Source of the DNA: a virus
DNA: 64,000 nucleotides
Virus record (IMG/VR): IMGVR_UViG_3300035703_000069
Coordinates: 6,477 to 70,476 of that record
Reading direction: 5' to 3' (one strand)
The position numbers and the translations under genes were made by a program. The notes beneath the pieces are model-generated. The model saw nothing but the letters and a program-made list of their open reading frames with translations. It did no database searches and was not told where the DNA came from. Shown in pieces: positions 55,397-64,000 of the stretch (within the stretch, counting starts at the first letter, position 1; every line of letters starts with the position of its first letter).

Positions 55397-57016
55397 TCAG
55401 GCGTAGGAACGCAGGAGCGACTCAGCGGCTTTGCGCTGGGCCTCGTTAAAGGTGGCGGCGAGCTCTACGTCGCCTGACGTTGAGACGAACTTCCAGCCTT
55501 GCTGGATGCGGTGAGGATCCACTCCTACGATGTTTTCTAGGATCATTCCGTGCACGGAGTCGTCGTAACGCACAAGGGTTACAGAGAACTTGCGCGTGAA
55601 TTGGATGTTGTCGATTTTCATGGCTTAACAGGGAGATAGCTGGGCATAATTGCGGATGCGGGTTTTCATTGGCCGGATACCTCTATGTCGTGCTGGATTG
55701 TTTCAACCCGGTCCATGCAGTTGGACACGTCGCGGTGTACATGGATGTAGTCCGGATCGTTGATAATCAACTGCTCCACCTGATGGAGCAGGAACCACAC
55801 TTCTGTGGCTTTGGTGTGGGGATCCATCAGGCGTCGGGGTGAGGGGTGAGGCCGAGCTTTGCGAGGGTGGCGCCGGTGGTGGCGTATGGGTTCTGTGCAG
55901 AGAGAGGGCCGCAAAACATCCAGCTGTGGAAGGTGGGCGACCACCAGAGGTCGGAGGGATTGACGCCGACCGAGCGGAGTTGTTCGGCCGTCACGGGAGG
56001 GATGGCTCGGTTGGTGAAATGGGTCTTCACTTGTGCGGTTCCTGAATGGGTTAGTAGGTGTTGAAAGCGTCCTCGGGGCACACTTCTTCTATGTAGAAGG
56101 TGCAGTCCGGGTGACGGCGGGTTAGGCCAGCGAGTTCCAGCACGACATCGGCACGGCTGTAGCCCCAGATGCCGGTGGGGGCGGTACGGGTGCCGAGCTC
56201 GTCGGTGATGGTGGCGTAGATCTCGTAGGTCATTGTTTGGCCTCGATGAGGGAGAAGAGTTCCGCCTTGCAGGCGGAGACGGTGAAAGCAACCACGGTGT
56301 GGAGGCCGTACATGCCGTGGAAGGCGCCGCCGGCCTCGGTGATGAGGGCTATGGCTTGAGGGTTGACGCCTGGTTCGCGGGGGACATCGGCGCGCCAGAT
56401 GAATTCCAGGTAACCAGGGCAGGTGGCCCGACGAGATGCAAACTGCATGGGAATCAGTGAAAAGACGTTCAGTTCAGGAATCAGTCAAGCGGGGTGCCAA
56501 ACAACGCCCATGCGAGGGCCGAACTGGAGTTCGTAATCGGGGGACAAATCTGTTACGTCGGCGTGCTCGCCTTTCCAGACAAGGGCGGAGGCGCACCGTT
56601 TGTCGTCGTAACGCCCAACAGTATCTGCCCAATCATGCAGAAGGTCTGCGACCTCTTGCTTATTGAAGGCGTGCTTGACATCAATACCAGTGGGACAGGC
56701 CCAGTTGCCGGAATCGGCGTGGAGCTGAAGTGTGTAGGACATGGCTAGGGTGCGGGGTAACTGGTTCGGGAATCGGTCAGACAAATACGGTGCGATACCA
56801 CTTGCCGGTCCAGACGCACAAGGCGCCTGAGATGTACTGGACATTGCAGAACGCAATGCGGTAATGGGGTGAGCCCCAGTGCCCGTAGGGCACGATGGCC
56901 TGCGCCACCATGCGTTCAATGCGCGCAAGGCGCATGCCGTGGAAACGGCACGACCCGTGGGCCTTGAGATAACGGGCAAACAAAGCGATGGCGTAGTTGC
57001 GATCGGCGAGGTTCAT
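55397..57016 (-). other. Cluster of small early genes (55397..55621, 55666..55827, 56051..56233, 56230..56448, 56485..56742, 56777..57016)
   Basis: Co-oriented short ORFs downstream of the long structured leader. Confidence 0.55.
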
Positions 57017-57024
57017 AGCAGTAC

Positions 57025-57885
57025 TCACTGCGAGAGGATGAAGGTGCAAAGCACCTCAGCCAAACAACCCCCGGACGCAGTGCGCCAGGGGGAATGTTTG
57101 GGGGAGATGGTTTGTGCTCGCCGGCCGATGTGTAGTGCTCGGAGCACTATCCCACGATCGGCAGGGCGAGATGGTTTGTGCGTGCTGAGCAGAGCCGAAT
57201 GCTCTTGGCCACGGTGGGCACGCTGGCCACCGCTGTGGGGTGTCACCCCACTCCGGTTCGCATTATTAGTGCGGTGTCCGGACTTATTCCCATAGGTAAC
57301 GGCAAGACAGTCGCGCCCCCAATCGCCGGGGTTGCGCTGTCAGCTTCACCGCCTACCACGTATCAGCTTCGTAGGACTTACGTCCGCACCTAGGCTGATC
57401 AGCGATTGGATCGTCGCTGTGTGGTTGGCGTCATGCCGCCGCACCTATCTCCCCATCGCTCCCAGGTCGGTCAGGGCCACGGCCGGTCCCCCGGCCTACG
57501 TGTGGCTTGTCCCTCTGGTGTGGCAGACGTTGGGCACCTTCCCGTAGAGCCGCAAGGGCCCGGGGCCGAAGCCAGGGAGACAAGCGATGAACGCTCCAAT
57601 CCCAGGCACAGCCTTATTGTCCGGCCGCTCCGCGGGCAATCGCCGCCGTTAGAGCATCTCGTGCTTACCGCCTCGCTGTGGCATGCCCGGTCGAAACCGG
57701 GCAGAGACCCCGCGTGGTTGTTGTGACTGACACGGGCGCTGTCACCACCCGATCCGTGGCAGTAGCCTTGCATGGCTCCCGCCGATTGTCAACCCTTGCC
57801 TTTCAGCCTGGATTGGGCGCAACGGGTCCGACGGGAGCAGGGCCCCTTAGGGGATGCTCACAGGGCCGGATCCGTTCCGATGCAT
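57025..57885 (-). ncRNA. Candidate large structured non-coding RNA
   Basis: No convincing ORF; many hairpins with minus-strand UUCG/GNRA loops and several long-range complementary pairs (see findings). Confidence 0.6.
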
Positions 57886-58090
57886 CAAGCATTGCACGGC
57901 TTGCCAAGTCTGGCAAGTAACCAGCCTGTGTCTATTGCGTCTCAGGGTGAGATGTGCTGAGGCCCCCTATAGGGATAGAGTCCCGCCTTGTCTCATGCGA
58001 CGCAGAGCAAGACTGAACGTAGTAACGTATATGTCACGTCCATTACTACAACTTTAATGTATATATGTGTTTTGCCGGTTCTGTATATCT

Positions 58091-58501
58091 CTAACCTAGT
58101 CGCGCCTTGTTGATTAAGCCGTTGATCACATCCGCGCTTGTGGCTTGACGGCGTTCGCACTCGGTGCGGAGCCAACCGAGGTTCTCAACAGTCAGTTGTA
58201 CGTCTAGGCGGAGCTTGCGGTTGAGATCACGCTTTTCTTCTCGCTCGCGAGAGGCGGCGGCGCGTGAAGACATCGACTGCCAGCGCTCCAGTTGAGCGGG
58301 GTCCAGGCGGCCGGTGTTGACCGCATGCTTGAGGCGCGCCTGGACGGCCTGACGGGAGATGCCGTGAGCGCGGCCGACGTCCACCCACTTGACGTAGCCA
58401 TCGCGTTCGTAGAAGGCCTGGCACGTTTCGCAGACTTCGTCTAGGGAAAGCTCAGATACGTAGGGCAAAAGGACAGATGCAAGCGTCCCTAAGACTTGCA
58501 C
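58091..58501 (-). CDS. HTH DNA-binding protein
   Basis: WVDVGRAHGISRQAVQARL. Confidence 0.65.
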   Translation of the reverse strand: MQVLGTLASVLLPYVSELSLDEVCETCQAFYERDGYVKWVDVGRAHGISRQAVQARLKHAVNTGRLDPAQLERWQSMSSRAAASREREEKRDLNRKLRLDVQLTVENLGWLRTECERRQATSADVINGLINKARLG

Positions 58502-58516
58502 GAAGTTTGCCTCTCG

Positions 58517-58738
58517 TCAACCCTGCTCTTCCTCGTCGGCGCTGGGGCCGTGGTAGATCCATTCCAGCTGTTGACGGAGATCGGCCTCGAAGCGGTCGTC
58601 GTCGACGTCGTCTGCCTCCTCTGCTTCGTCTCCGGGTATCTCGACCATGATCCGGCTGATCCGGGGGCTCTTCACCAGGAACTCGAGCAGCCACTGCTCA
58701 TACCAGCGGAGGCCCGTGTTGAAGTCGTCAGTCGTCAT
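58517..58738 (-). CDS. Small acidic hypothetical protein
   Basis: MTTDDFNTGLRWYE...; overlaps the sigma factor stop. Confidence 0.55.
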   Translation of the reverse strand: MTTDDFNTGLRWYEQWLLEFLVKSPRISRIMVEIPGDEAEEADDVDDDRFEADLRQQLEWIYHGPSADEEEQG

Positions 58739-59597
58739 GGCCTTGGCGGGCGAGCTGCGTGCGGAGTTTGCGTAGGGCGGTCTGCTGGACTTGGCCGGCG
58801 CGGGAGCGGGTAAAGCCGAGCTCCTCGGAGATCTCGCGCAGAGTGCGGCCCTCAAAGTACCGGCCTCGGACGATGGCTTCTTCAGTGGAGTTCAGCTGGG
58901 CCAATGCGGCGTTGACATCTTCGCGGGCGGCTGTAGCGAGGATGAACTCGTCGGGCTCGGCGCCGTTGGTGCCCTCCGGGTTGGCAAGGATATCGATCAA
59001 GGGGCTGGTGCTGTCAGCGCAGACGGCGTCGAGGGAGCAGCAGACCGTGCTGGTGTGGGTTTGTAAGAGTTGAGCGATGCGCTCGGGACTGACGTCGACG
59101 GCCTCGGCGACTTCGTTGTGGGAGGGAGGTCGGCCAGCATGTGAGGTGAATTCGTAGCTGAAACGCTGCACCCGGGTGATCAGCTCGTGAGTATTGATAG
59201 GGAGACGAATCGTTCGGGCGTGGGTGTGGATGGCGCGGGTGATGGCTTGGCGGATCCACCAGTAGGCATAAGTGCTTACGGCGTATCCACGGGTGGGGTC
59301 GAAGAGCTCGAGGCCGCGGATCAGTCCGAGGTTGCCTTCCTGGATGAGGTCGGCCATGTCGAGGCCACGGTTCTGATAGCGCTTGGCGATGGAGATGACG
59401 AGGCGGAGGTTCGTGACCGTCATCACCTCCATGGAGCGTTGACCGGCGCGGCGGATACCGAGAGGTGCGGCGTCGCGGCCGTCCTCGTGGTGGAGCCAGG
59501 CGTGGATGCGGCGGCAGTGGCGTAGTTGTGCCTCCTTGGAGAGGACGGGGTGCCGACCAACCTGGGTCAGATAGTCGTGTATTTCGGATTGGGACAT
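58728..59597 (-). CDS. Phage-encoded sigma-70 family (RpoD/group 2-like) sigma factor
   Basis: NLRLVISIAKRYQNRGLDMADLIQEGNLGLIRG.E.FDPTRGY..STYAYWWIRQAITRA; region 4 HTH. Confidence 0.93.
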   Translation of the reverse strand: MSQSEIHDYLTQVGRHPVLSKEAQLRHCRRIHAWLHHEDGRDAAPLGIRRAGQRSMEVMTVTNLRLVISIAKRYQNRGLDMADLIQEGNLGLIRGLELFDPTRGYAVSTYAYWWIRQAITRAIHTHARTIRLPINTHELITRVQRFSYEFTSHAGRPPSHNEVAEAVDVSPERIAQLLQTHTSTVCCSLDAVCADSTSPLIDILANPEGTNGAEPDEFILATAAREDVNAALAQLNSTEEAIVRGRYFEGRTLREISEELGFTRSRAGQVQQTALRKLRTQLARQGHDD

Positions 59598-59974
59598 CGG
59601 GGCATTGTCAACCTAATTAGGGCGGGAGAAGGTAAATGAAAGAGAGGCTTAATGCGTATGGCGCGGGGGTGGGATGTCCTGCTGAGCGGGAAGCGCGGGG
59701 CGGCCGGGCGTATGGACCTGGGAGATGGGCGCCGGGTGCGGGGCGTTGTGCGAAGGACCAGCGCTCTCGGGGTCCAGGTCATCTGTGAGGTGCTCAGCGA
59801 GGGCCCACTGGGCGCGGATGATGTCCTCGAAGCAGCGCTCGAGCAGGGGAGCGGTGCCGGCGTACTCGAAGGCGCCGTCCGGGCCGTCGCGTAACTCCCA
59901 GCGGTAGTAGCCGTCGGGGGTGCTGGCGATGGTGATGAGAAGGGGGGAGGTTAAGGTCACTTTTTTCTTAAGAG

Positions 59975-60511
59975 TCAAGAAAGCCACGTCCACGACTTGC
60001 GATTACGGACATCACTCACTGTTGGCTGACTGATTCGATACTGCGCCGCAAGAACAGAAAGAGGTTCTGAAGATGAGCGAATTGCTCTGACTATTTCTTC
60101 GTTCAACCTGCATTGTGGATTGCGTGTGCCGCGGGAGTGGGTGCCGTGTCTTACTTTGTCAGCATGGTTTGAGCTGCGAGTACCCCACCTCAGATTTGAA
60201 GCGTGATTGTCTGACCTAACTCCGTTGATATGGCATACTTCCTCTCCAACAGCTGGTTCTCTTAAGAAGGTCAGGGCTACTAAGCGATGTACCAGTAAAG
60301 GTTTTGGGCGATTACCGGGCCTTGACAGGCTCACGAAAAGGTAACCATTTGAGCATTTATTGAGCTTTAACTCTTTGCCTCTAAAGCAACGTATCTGCTG
60401 TCCCCAACGACTATGTTGTACGACAGTTCTGTCAACAGAGCGAACCCTGCCATCCTCTGATACTTGATAAAGTCCAACCCAATTCGGGATGTCTCTCCAC
60501 TCGCAGGTCAT
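59975..60511 (-). CDS. NUMOD4-HNH homing endonuclease
   Basis: EWRDIP..GLYQVSEDGRVRS..VHRLVA.TF..VCHINGVRSDN..SNLRWGT; low GC. Confidence 0.9.
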   Translation of the reverse strand: MTCEWRDIPNWVGLYQVSEDGRVRSVDRTVVQHSRWGQQIRCFRGKELKLNKCSNGYLFVSLSRPGNRPKPLLVHRLVALTFLREPAVGEEVCHINGVRSDNHASNLRWGTRSSNHADKVRHGTHSRGTRNPQCRLNEEIVRAIRSSSEPLSVLAAQYRISQPTVSDVRNRKSWTWLS

Positions 60512-61227
60512 GGAGCGAGCCTCCCTTTGAGGAGTCTGCTCTTTTCGTACCATTCGGCGATCTCAGGTGCCCAGCACGCGAAGTGAGGCCACATGAGCTC
60601 GCACATCTGCTGTATCTCTAGTTGCGCGTCCTTTTTGAAACGCAGATCGAAAACGTGCAGCAGGCTGCGTAGGTTGAAAGACACCACGAAGTCCTGGCGA
60701 ATCGCGTAGGGGATGATGTCCCGGGCGTGTTCTTCGCTGAAGCCGCTCTCGAGGGCGAGCTTGTAGCGGCCGGCGGAGTCGATGCAGATGATGCGGTGGA
60801 CGATCCGCTGGTCTTCGGTGTACTCGTACTTCTTGCCTTGGCGGTCTCGGTAGGTGCCGACGGGGCGCAGGTAGAAGACTTCTTCGACGTCGCGCTCGCC
60901 GGTGCACACATCGAGGATGCGCTTGCCGGTGTAGCGGCCGGATTGCACATCGAATGAAACGCCCACCCGGTGGGTGCGGGCTTGTTGCATCACCGAGTGG
61001 GGGAAGCCACCGACGTTGAAGGTGATGGCCGGGTGCTCGAGGGGTCCGTAGTGACCGCGCTCGCCAGCGAGGAGGTGTTTGACGATGAGAGCCCCGGCCT
61101 CGGATTCGCCGGGTGGTTCTTCATCAAAGACGAAGTTTTCGCTGTAGTCCTGGTGCATTGCCCACCAGCAGAGCGTTTGGGGGTGTTCGGTGCGATTGAG
61201 CACCTCGACGCGGAAGTAAGGATCCAT
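60508..61227 (-). CDS. thyX: Flavin-dependent thymidylate synthase
   Basis: GHYGPLEH..QQARTHRVGVSFDVQSGRY..EHARD..NLRSLLH..DLR..DAQLEI. Confidence 0.93.
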   Translation of the reverse strand: MDPYFRVEVLNRTEHPQTLCWWAMHQDYSENFVFDEEPPGESEAGALIVKHLLAGERGHYGPLEHPAITFNVGGFPHSVMQQARTHRVGVSFDVQSGRYTGKRILDVCTGERDVEEVFYLRPVGTYRDRQGKKYEYTEDQRIVHRIICIDSAGRYKLALESGFSEEHARDIIPYAIRQDFVVSFNLRSLLHVFDLRFKKDAQLEIQQMCELMWPHFACWAPEIAEWYEKSRLLKGRLAP

Positions 61228-61481
61228 CAGCCCTTGCGGAAAGTGATTGGCTTCGACGAGCAGTGGATCTGGGGGATGCGCCAGGTCTTGCCGTCACGGT
61301 CGTAGAGATGCAGATGGGGGAAGCCCAGCCACAGTTCGCCTCCGATCACCGTGAAGGTGTCATCGGTCGGGTGGCCCTTCACGTAGACCAAAGAACCGAT
61401 GCGGAAGCGCCAGGGGTAGACCTGATGGGTATCCGCTGGCTTTGACGCAAGCGTCATCGGTACTGACGGGATGATGGGCAT
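61227..61481 (-). CDS. Hypothetical protein
   Basis: TGATG overlap with thyX. Confidence 0.55.
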   Translation of the reverse strand: MPIIPSVPMTLASKPADTHQVYPWRFRIGSLVYVKGHPTDDTFTVIGGELWLGFPHLHLYDRDGKTWRIPQIHCSSKPITFRKG

Positions 61482-61484
61482 GGC

Positions 61485-62057
61485 TCAGGACGCGAGTGAA
61501 AGAGGAGCGACGATTTCGCGGACCCGGCTGTGCAGCGTGAGTAGCGAGCCGTCGTTGACGATGTGGCGGTCGAACAGGGGGTATTCGTCGAGACCGCCCT
61601 CGGAGGCGTGTTCGGTGTTGCGCTCGTTGCCTGGGCGTTCGATGCGCCAGAGCTCCCCGCCGAGGCGGCGGATCAGGGCGGCTTCGTTGGGGAACCTGCA
61701 ATCGTCCACGACGACAGGGATGCCGGCCTCAAGCTTTGACTGTGTTGCGCGTTCCCAGCACATCAGCCAGACCTGAGGGTGTACGCACCCCCGGCCCCAC
61801 TCGGTGCCGAGAAGCTGCATCAGCTGTCGGGGTGTGGTGCGGATGCCTTCGATGACATCGTTCTTGCCGGCCTCGAGGAAGTGGTCGATCTCGCTCGGGC
61901 CGTAGCCCAGTTGAATCAGGAAGGTGCGGACCATCAACTTGATGGGGCGCGCGAAGGGCACGGTGTAGAAGCCGTGCTCGGTGAGGTAGGCAGCGACGGT
62001 GGATTTACCGCTGCGTGGGGCGGGGCTGTAGAGGCCGATCAGGCGAGGTGATGTCAT
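61485..62057 (-). CDS. Deoxynucleoside monophosphate kinase
   Basis: SGKSTVA..FARPIK..TPRQLMQLLGTEWGR..VVDDCRFPNEA..HASE. Confidence 0.9.
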   Translation of the reverse strand: MTSPRLIGLYSPAPRSGKSTVAAYLTEHGFYTVPFARPIKLMVRTFLIQLGYGPSEIDHFLEAGKNDVIEGIRTTPRQLMQLLGTEWGRGCVHPQVWLMCWERATQSKLEAGIPVVVDDCRFPNEAALIRRLGGELWRIERPGNERNTEHASEGGLDEYPLFDRHIVNDGSLLTLHSRVREIVAPLSLAS

Positions 62058-62455
62058 GAACGGGTGCGGCGTTCGACGATGGAGGGATCAAGGATTCCGA
62101 GCAGGGCGAGGTGCATTGCCACGCCTGCGCGGCGGTAGATCTCGGGAGGGCGGCCTCCGTTCTTGGGGTCGCCGAGGATTGACCAGAGCAGTGCGGTGAA
62201 CTGACCTGTGATCAGGTCCGCGTTGCTCGGCTGGGCGAAGAGTGCGACCAGCGAGTTCAAGCTGTGCGACGCGAGGATCTCAGGGTCGAATCCGAGGTTC
62301 GCAAGTTCGTTTGCGAGGGAGCGCAGCGTGGTGCTGCCCGGGGCAAGGTCCGAGTAACTCAGGCCGCGCTCGGCAGCGAGTTGACCTACCAAGGAGCCGG
62401 CGAGCACGGTGGCGAGATACTCCTCGAGCTTGTTGGGGTCGTCAGCCACGGTCAC
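62054..62455 (-). CDS. Hypothetical protein
   Basis: GTG start overlapping the exonuclease stop. Confidence 0.6.
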   Translation of the reverse strand: MTVADDPNKLEEYLATVLAGSLVGQLAAERGLSYSDLAPGSTTLRSLANELANLGFDPEILASHSLNSLVALFAQPSNADLITGQFTALLWSILGDPKNGGRPPEIYRRAGVAMHLALLGILDPSIVERRTRS

Positions 62456-63132
62456 CTCGCGTAGACGAAGCGTTGAAGCCTCGCCAAGAAGTGCTGGTAG
62501 TACTGAGTGAGGCCGCTCTCGTCGATGATTTCGATCTGTGGGGCTTCGTCGGGCAGAGCGACAACGAGCATCGCTTGTTTGATCGCTAGGCCCATATGGC
62601 CGTACACGTAGTTCGCGGCGTTGACGTAAGCCGCGCACTGCAGGGAGTACTCGTAGATCTTGTTGGGTTTGCGGGGTGAGTCGGCTGTCTTCCAATCGAG
62701 GAGTGTCGGCTGCATATCGTCCGTGTCGAGATAAGCGACACAATCCAGGGCGCCGGCGTAACCGTCGGGGTGCCAGACACCGCCCTCGAGCAGGAGGGTG
62801 TGGTTGATGCGGTTGAGGAAGCGGCGGCTGCTCTTCCAGTACGGAGTGAGCAGAGCGTCGAAGCGAGGCTCGGTGCCGTCGGTGAGGAAGCGCTCGATGT
62901 TGGTGTGGTGGCCGGTGCCGCGAAAGCAGGCGATCTTGAGGATCTGATCGGCGCGCTCGATGCCGATGGATTCGCGCCACTCGTCGAGGCCTGAGTTGTC
63001 ACGGGAGCCGGAGAGCACCGTGGTGACGGAGGGCATGCGCCCGCTGGGAGTGTCGTAAGTGCGGGTCTCGCCGTCGTGCCGCACGAGCTCGTAGCGGGGC
63101 AGGGCGCGTAGACGTTCGGTGAGGACTGACAT
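62452..63132 (-). CDS. PD-(D/E)XK exonuclease (Cas4/Mgme1-like phage nuclease)
   Basis: PSVTTVLS..RGTGHH..YAGALDC..LLDWKT..YSLQCAAY. Confidence 0.85.
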   Translation of the reverse strand: MSVLTERLRALPRYELVRHDGETRTYDTPSGRMPSVTTVLSGSRDNSGLDEWRESIGIERADQILKIACFRGTGHHTNIERFLTDGTEPRFDALLTPYWKSSRRFLNRINHTLLLEGGVWHPDGYAGALDCVAYLDTDDMQPTLLDWKTADSPRKPNKIYEYSLQCAAYVNAANYVYGHMGLAIKQAMLVVALPDEAPQIEIIDESGLTQYYQHFLARLQRFVYAR

Positions 63133-63142
63133 GGCGAAGTGC

Positions 63143-63172
63143 AAAAGAAAAGGGCGGGTTGGAAGCCGCCCC
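63143..63172 (-). terminator. Intrinsic terminator
   Basis: Minus strand GGGCGGCTTCCAACCCGCCCTTTTCTTTT. Confidence 0.7.
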
Positions 63173-63190
63173 GTTTATGAACCAGTCAGC

Positions 63191-63727
63191 TCAGGCCGTC
63201 GGAGCGGCCCAGGGATCCTTGCCCTCGTACAAGGCGTCGAGGTTGACCTCGGGCATCGTCTCGTACTGCTTGGCGATCTCGGTTTTCACCGGTTTCGGCG
63301 GAGCGGCGAGCAGGGTGTAGGTGATCTTTTCGCCTTTCTGATCGCGAGCGATCTTGATGTCGTACTGCGACCAGTCGCCGTAGTCCTCGTCAGCCAGGTA
63401 CTTGGCGAGCTGCTTGAGCACGGAGATCTGAGTGAGCTCGAGGATCTTGAACTCGGAGTCGTCATAGTCCCAGACGACGCCGGCCATGAACTTCTTAGCA
63501 GCGATGCTGCCGTTCATGTCGGGCTTGATGTTGTCGGGGAGCTCTTCGGGCTTCAGTTCCCAGCGGACGGGCTTGTTTTCGGTCGTCCAGGCGGTGTAGC
63601 CCGAGATGCCGTGGCCCATGTAGCGCAAACGCTTTTCGCCGTCGATCTTGCTGAGATTGACGTAGCGACCAGAGCCGCCGGACTCGGTGAGGACTTCTTC
63701 AAAGAAGGTTGCGTCGAGGACTGCCAT
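63191..63727 (-). CDS. Probable single-stranded DNA-binding/annealing protein
   Basis: VWDYD..KILELTQ..YDIKI.R.....TY..NLDALYEGKDPW; next to the exonuclease. Confidence 0.6.
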   Translation of the reverse strand: MAVLDATFFEEVLTESGGSGRYVNLSKIDGEKRLRYMGHGISGYTAWTTENKPVRWELKPEELPDNIKPDMNGSIAAKKFMAGVVWDYDDSEFKILELTQISVLKQLAKYLADEDYGDWSQYDIKIARDQKGEKITYTLLAAPPKPVKTEIAKQYETMPEVNLDALYEGKDPWAAPTA

Positions 63728-63743
63728 TGGAAAGGGGGTGTTC

Positions 63744-63926
63744 TTAAGTGAGGGGCGAAGTGCCCTTGGTTAGGACGAGGTGCATACGCACCAATCCCTC
63801 GCAGGCCTGCGAAGGTGAAGCGTCCGTGGCCCGGGCGAGGTTGACCAAATGCTCGTAGGCGGTGTCTGTGAGATACAGGTGCCGCTTGCGCTTCAGCTCG
63901 CCGTAGAGGCGGTGCTTGGTGCCCAA
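63744..63926 (-). CDS. Small DNA-binding-like hypothetical protein
   Basis: YGELKRKRHLYLTDTA..L..LA....SPS. Confidence 0.55.
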   Translation of the reverse strand: MGTKHRLYGELKRKRHLYLTDTAYEHLVNLARATDASPSQACEGLVRMHLVLTKGTSPLT

Positions 63927-64000
63927 GGCATTTGGTCAACTGAAATCAGCCTAGTTCGGTCGAGGGGTGCCGTCAACCGATCTCGGAAAGGTTGGCCGAG

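Noticed and set aside
57360-57405. Hammerhead ribozyme (CTGAT...CGAAG on minus strand)
   Set aside because: It lacks the CUGANGA and GAAA core consensus.
57025-57960. Short ORFs in the structured region; group II intron
   Set aside because: The ORFs overlap on both strands with no recognisable motifs or operon packing. I found no domain V motif or interrupted gene.
62452-63132. CRISPR Cas4 / adaptation module
   Set aside because: It lacks the four-Cys cluster and cas neighbours; it is an ordinary phage recombination exonuclease beside an SSB-like gene.

Overview
This 64 kb window is a continuous stretch of a high-GC temperate tailed phage, most likely siphovirus-like and infecting a picocyanobacterium (it carries a cyAbrB regulator, a sigma-70 factor, ThyX and a manA-like RNA). 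It begins with the end of DNA polymerase A, cyAbrB, KilA-N, a probable excisionase, a tyrosine integrase and an intact attP-like 3' fragment of tRNA-Ser(TGA), followed by a two-domain endolysin. Next is a long minus-strand virion operon: tail fibres, tail tip, tape measure, tail chaperones with a lambda-type GGGAAAG -1 frameshift, major tail, head-tail proteins, DUF2184 capsid, DUF2213 protein, MuF, portal and terminase. A tRNA(CAT), many small early genes, HNH endonucleases and nucleotide-metabolism genes follow. The most interesting signals are: (1) an ~860-nt densely structured non-coding region (57025-57885) heading the early operon, a candidate large ncRNA; (2) four modular head-region proteins sharing R-x-D motifs and Cys modules with the capsid, DUF2213 and portal proteins, suggesting protease-processed, swappable capsid cargo, one with an LRAT-like domain; (3) a Csx16-like gene outside any CRISPR locus; (4) an apparently circularly permuted M23 peptidase in the tape measure. 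All family assignments are by eye, with no database searches.
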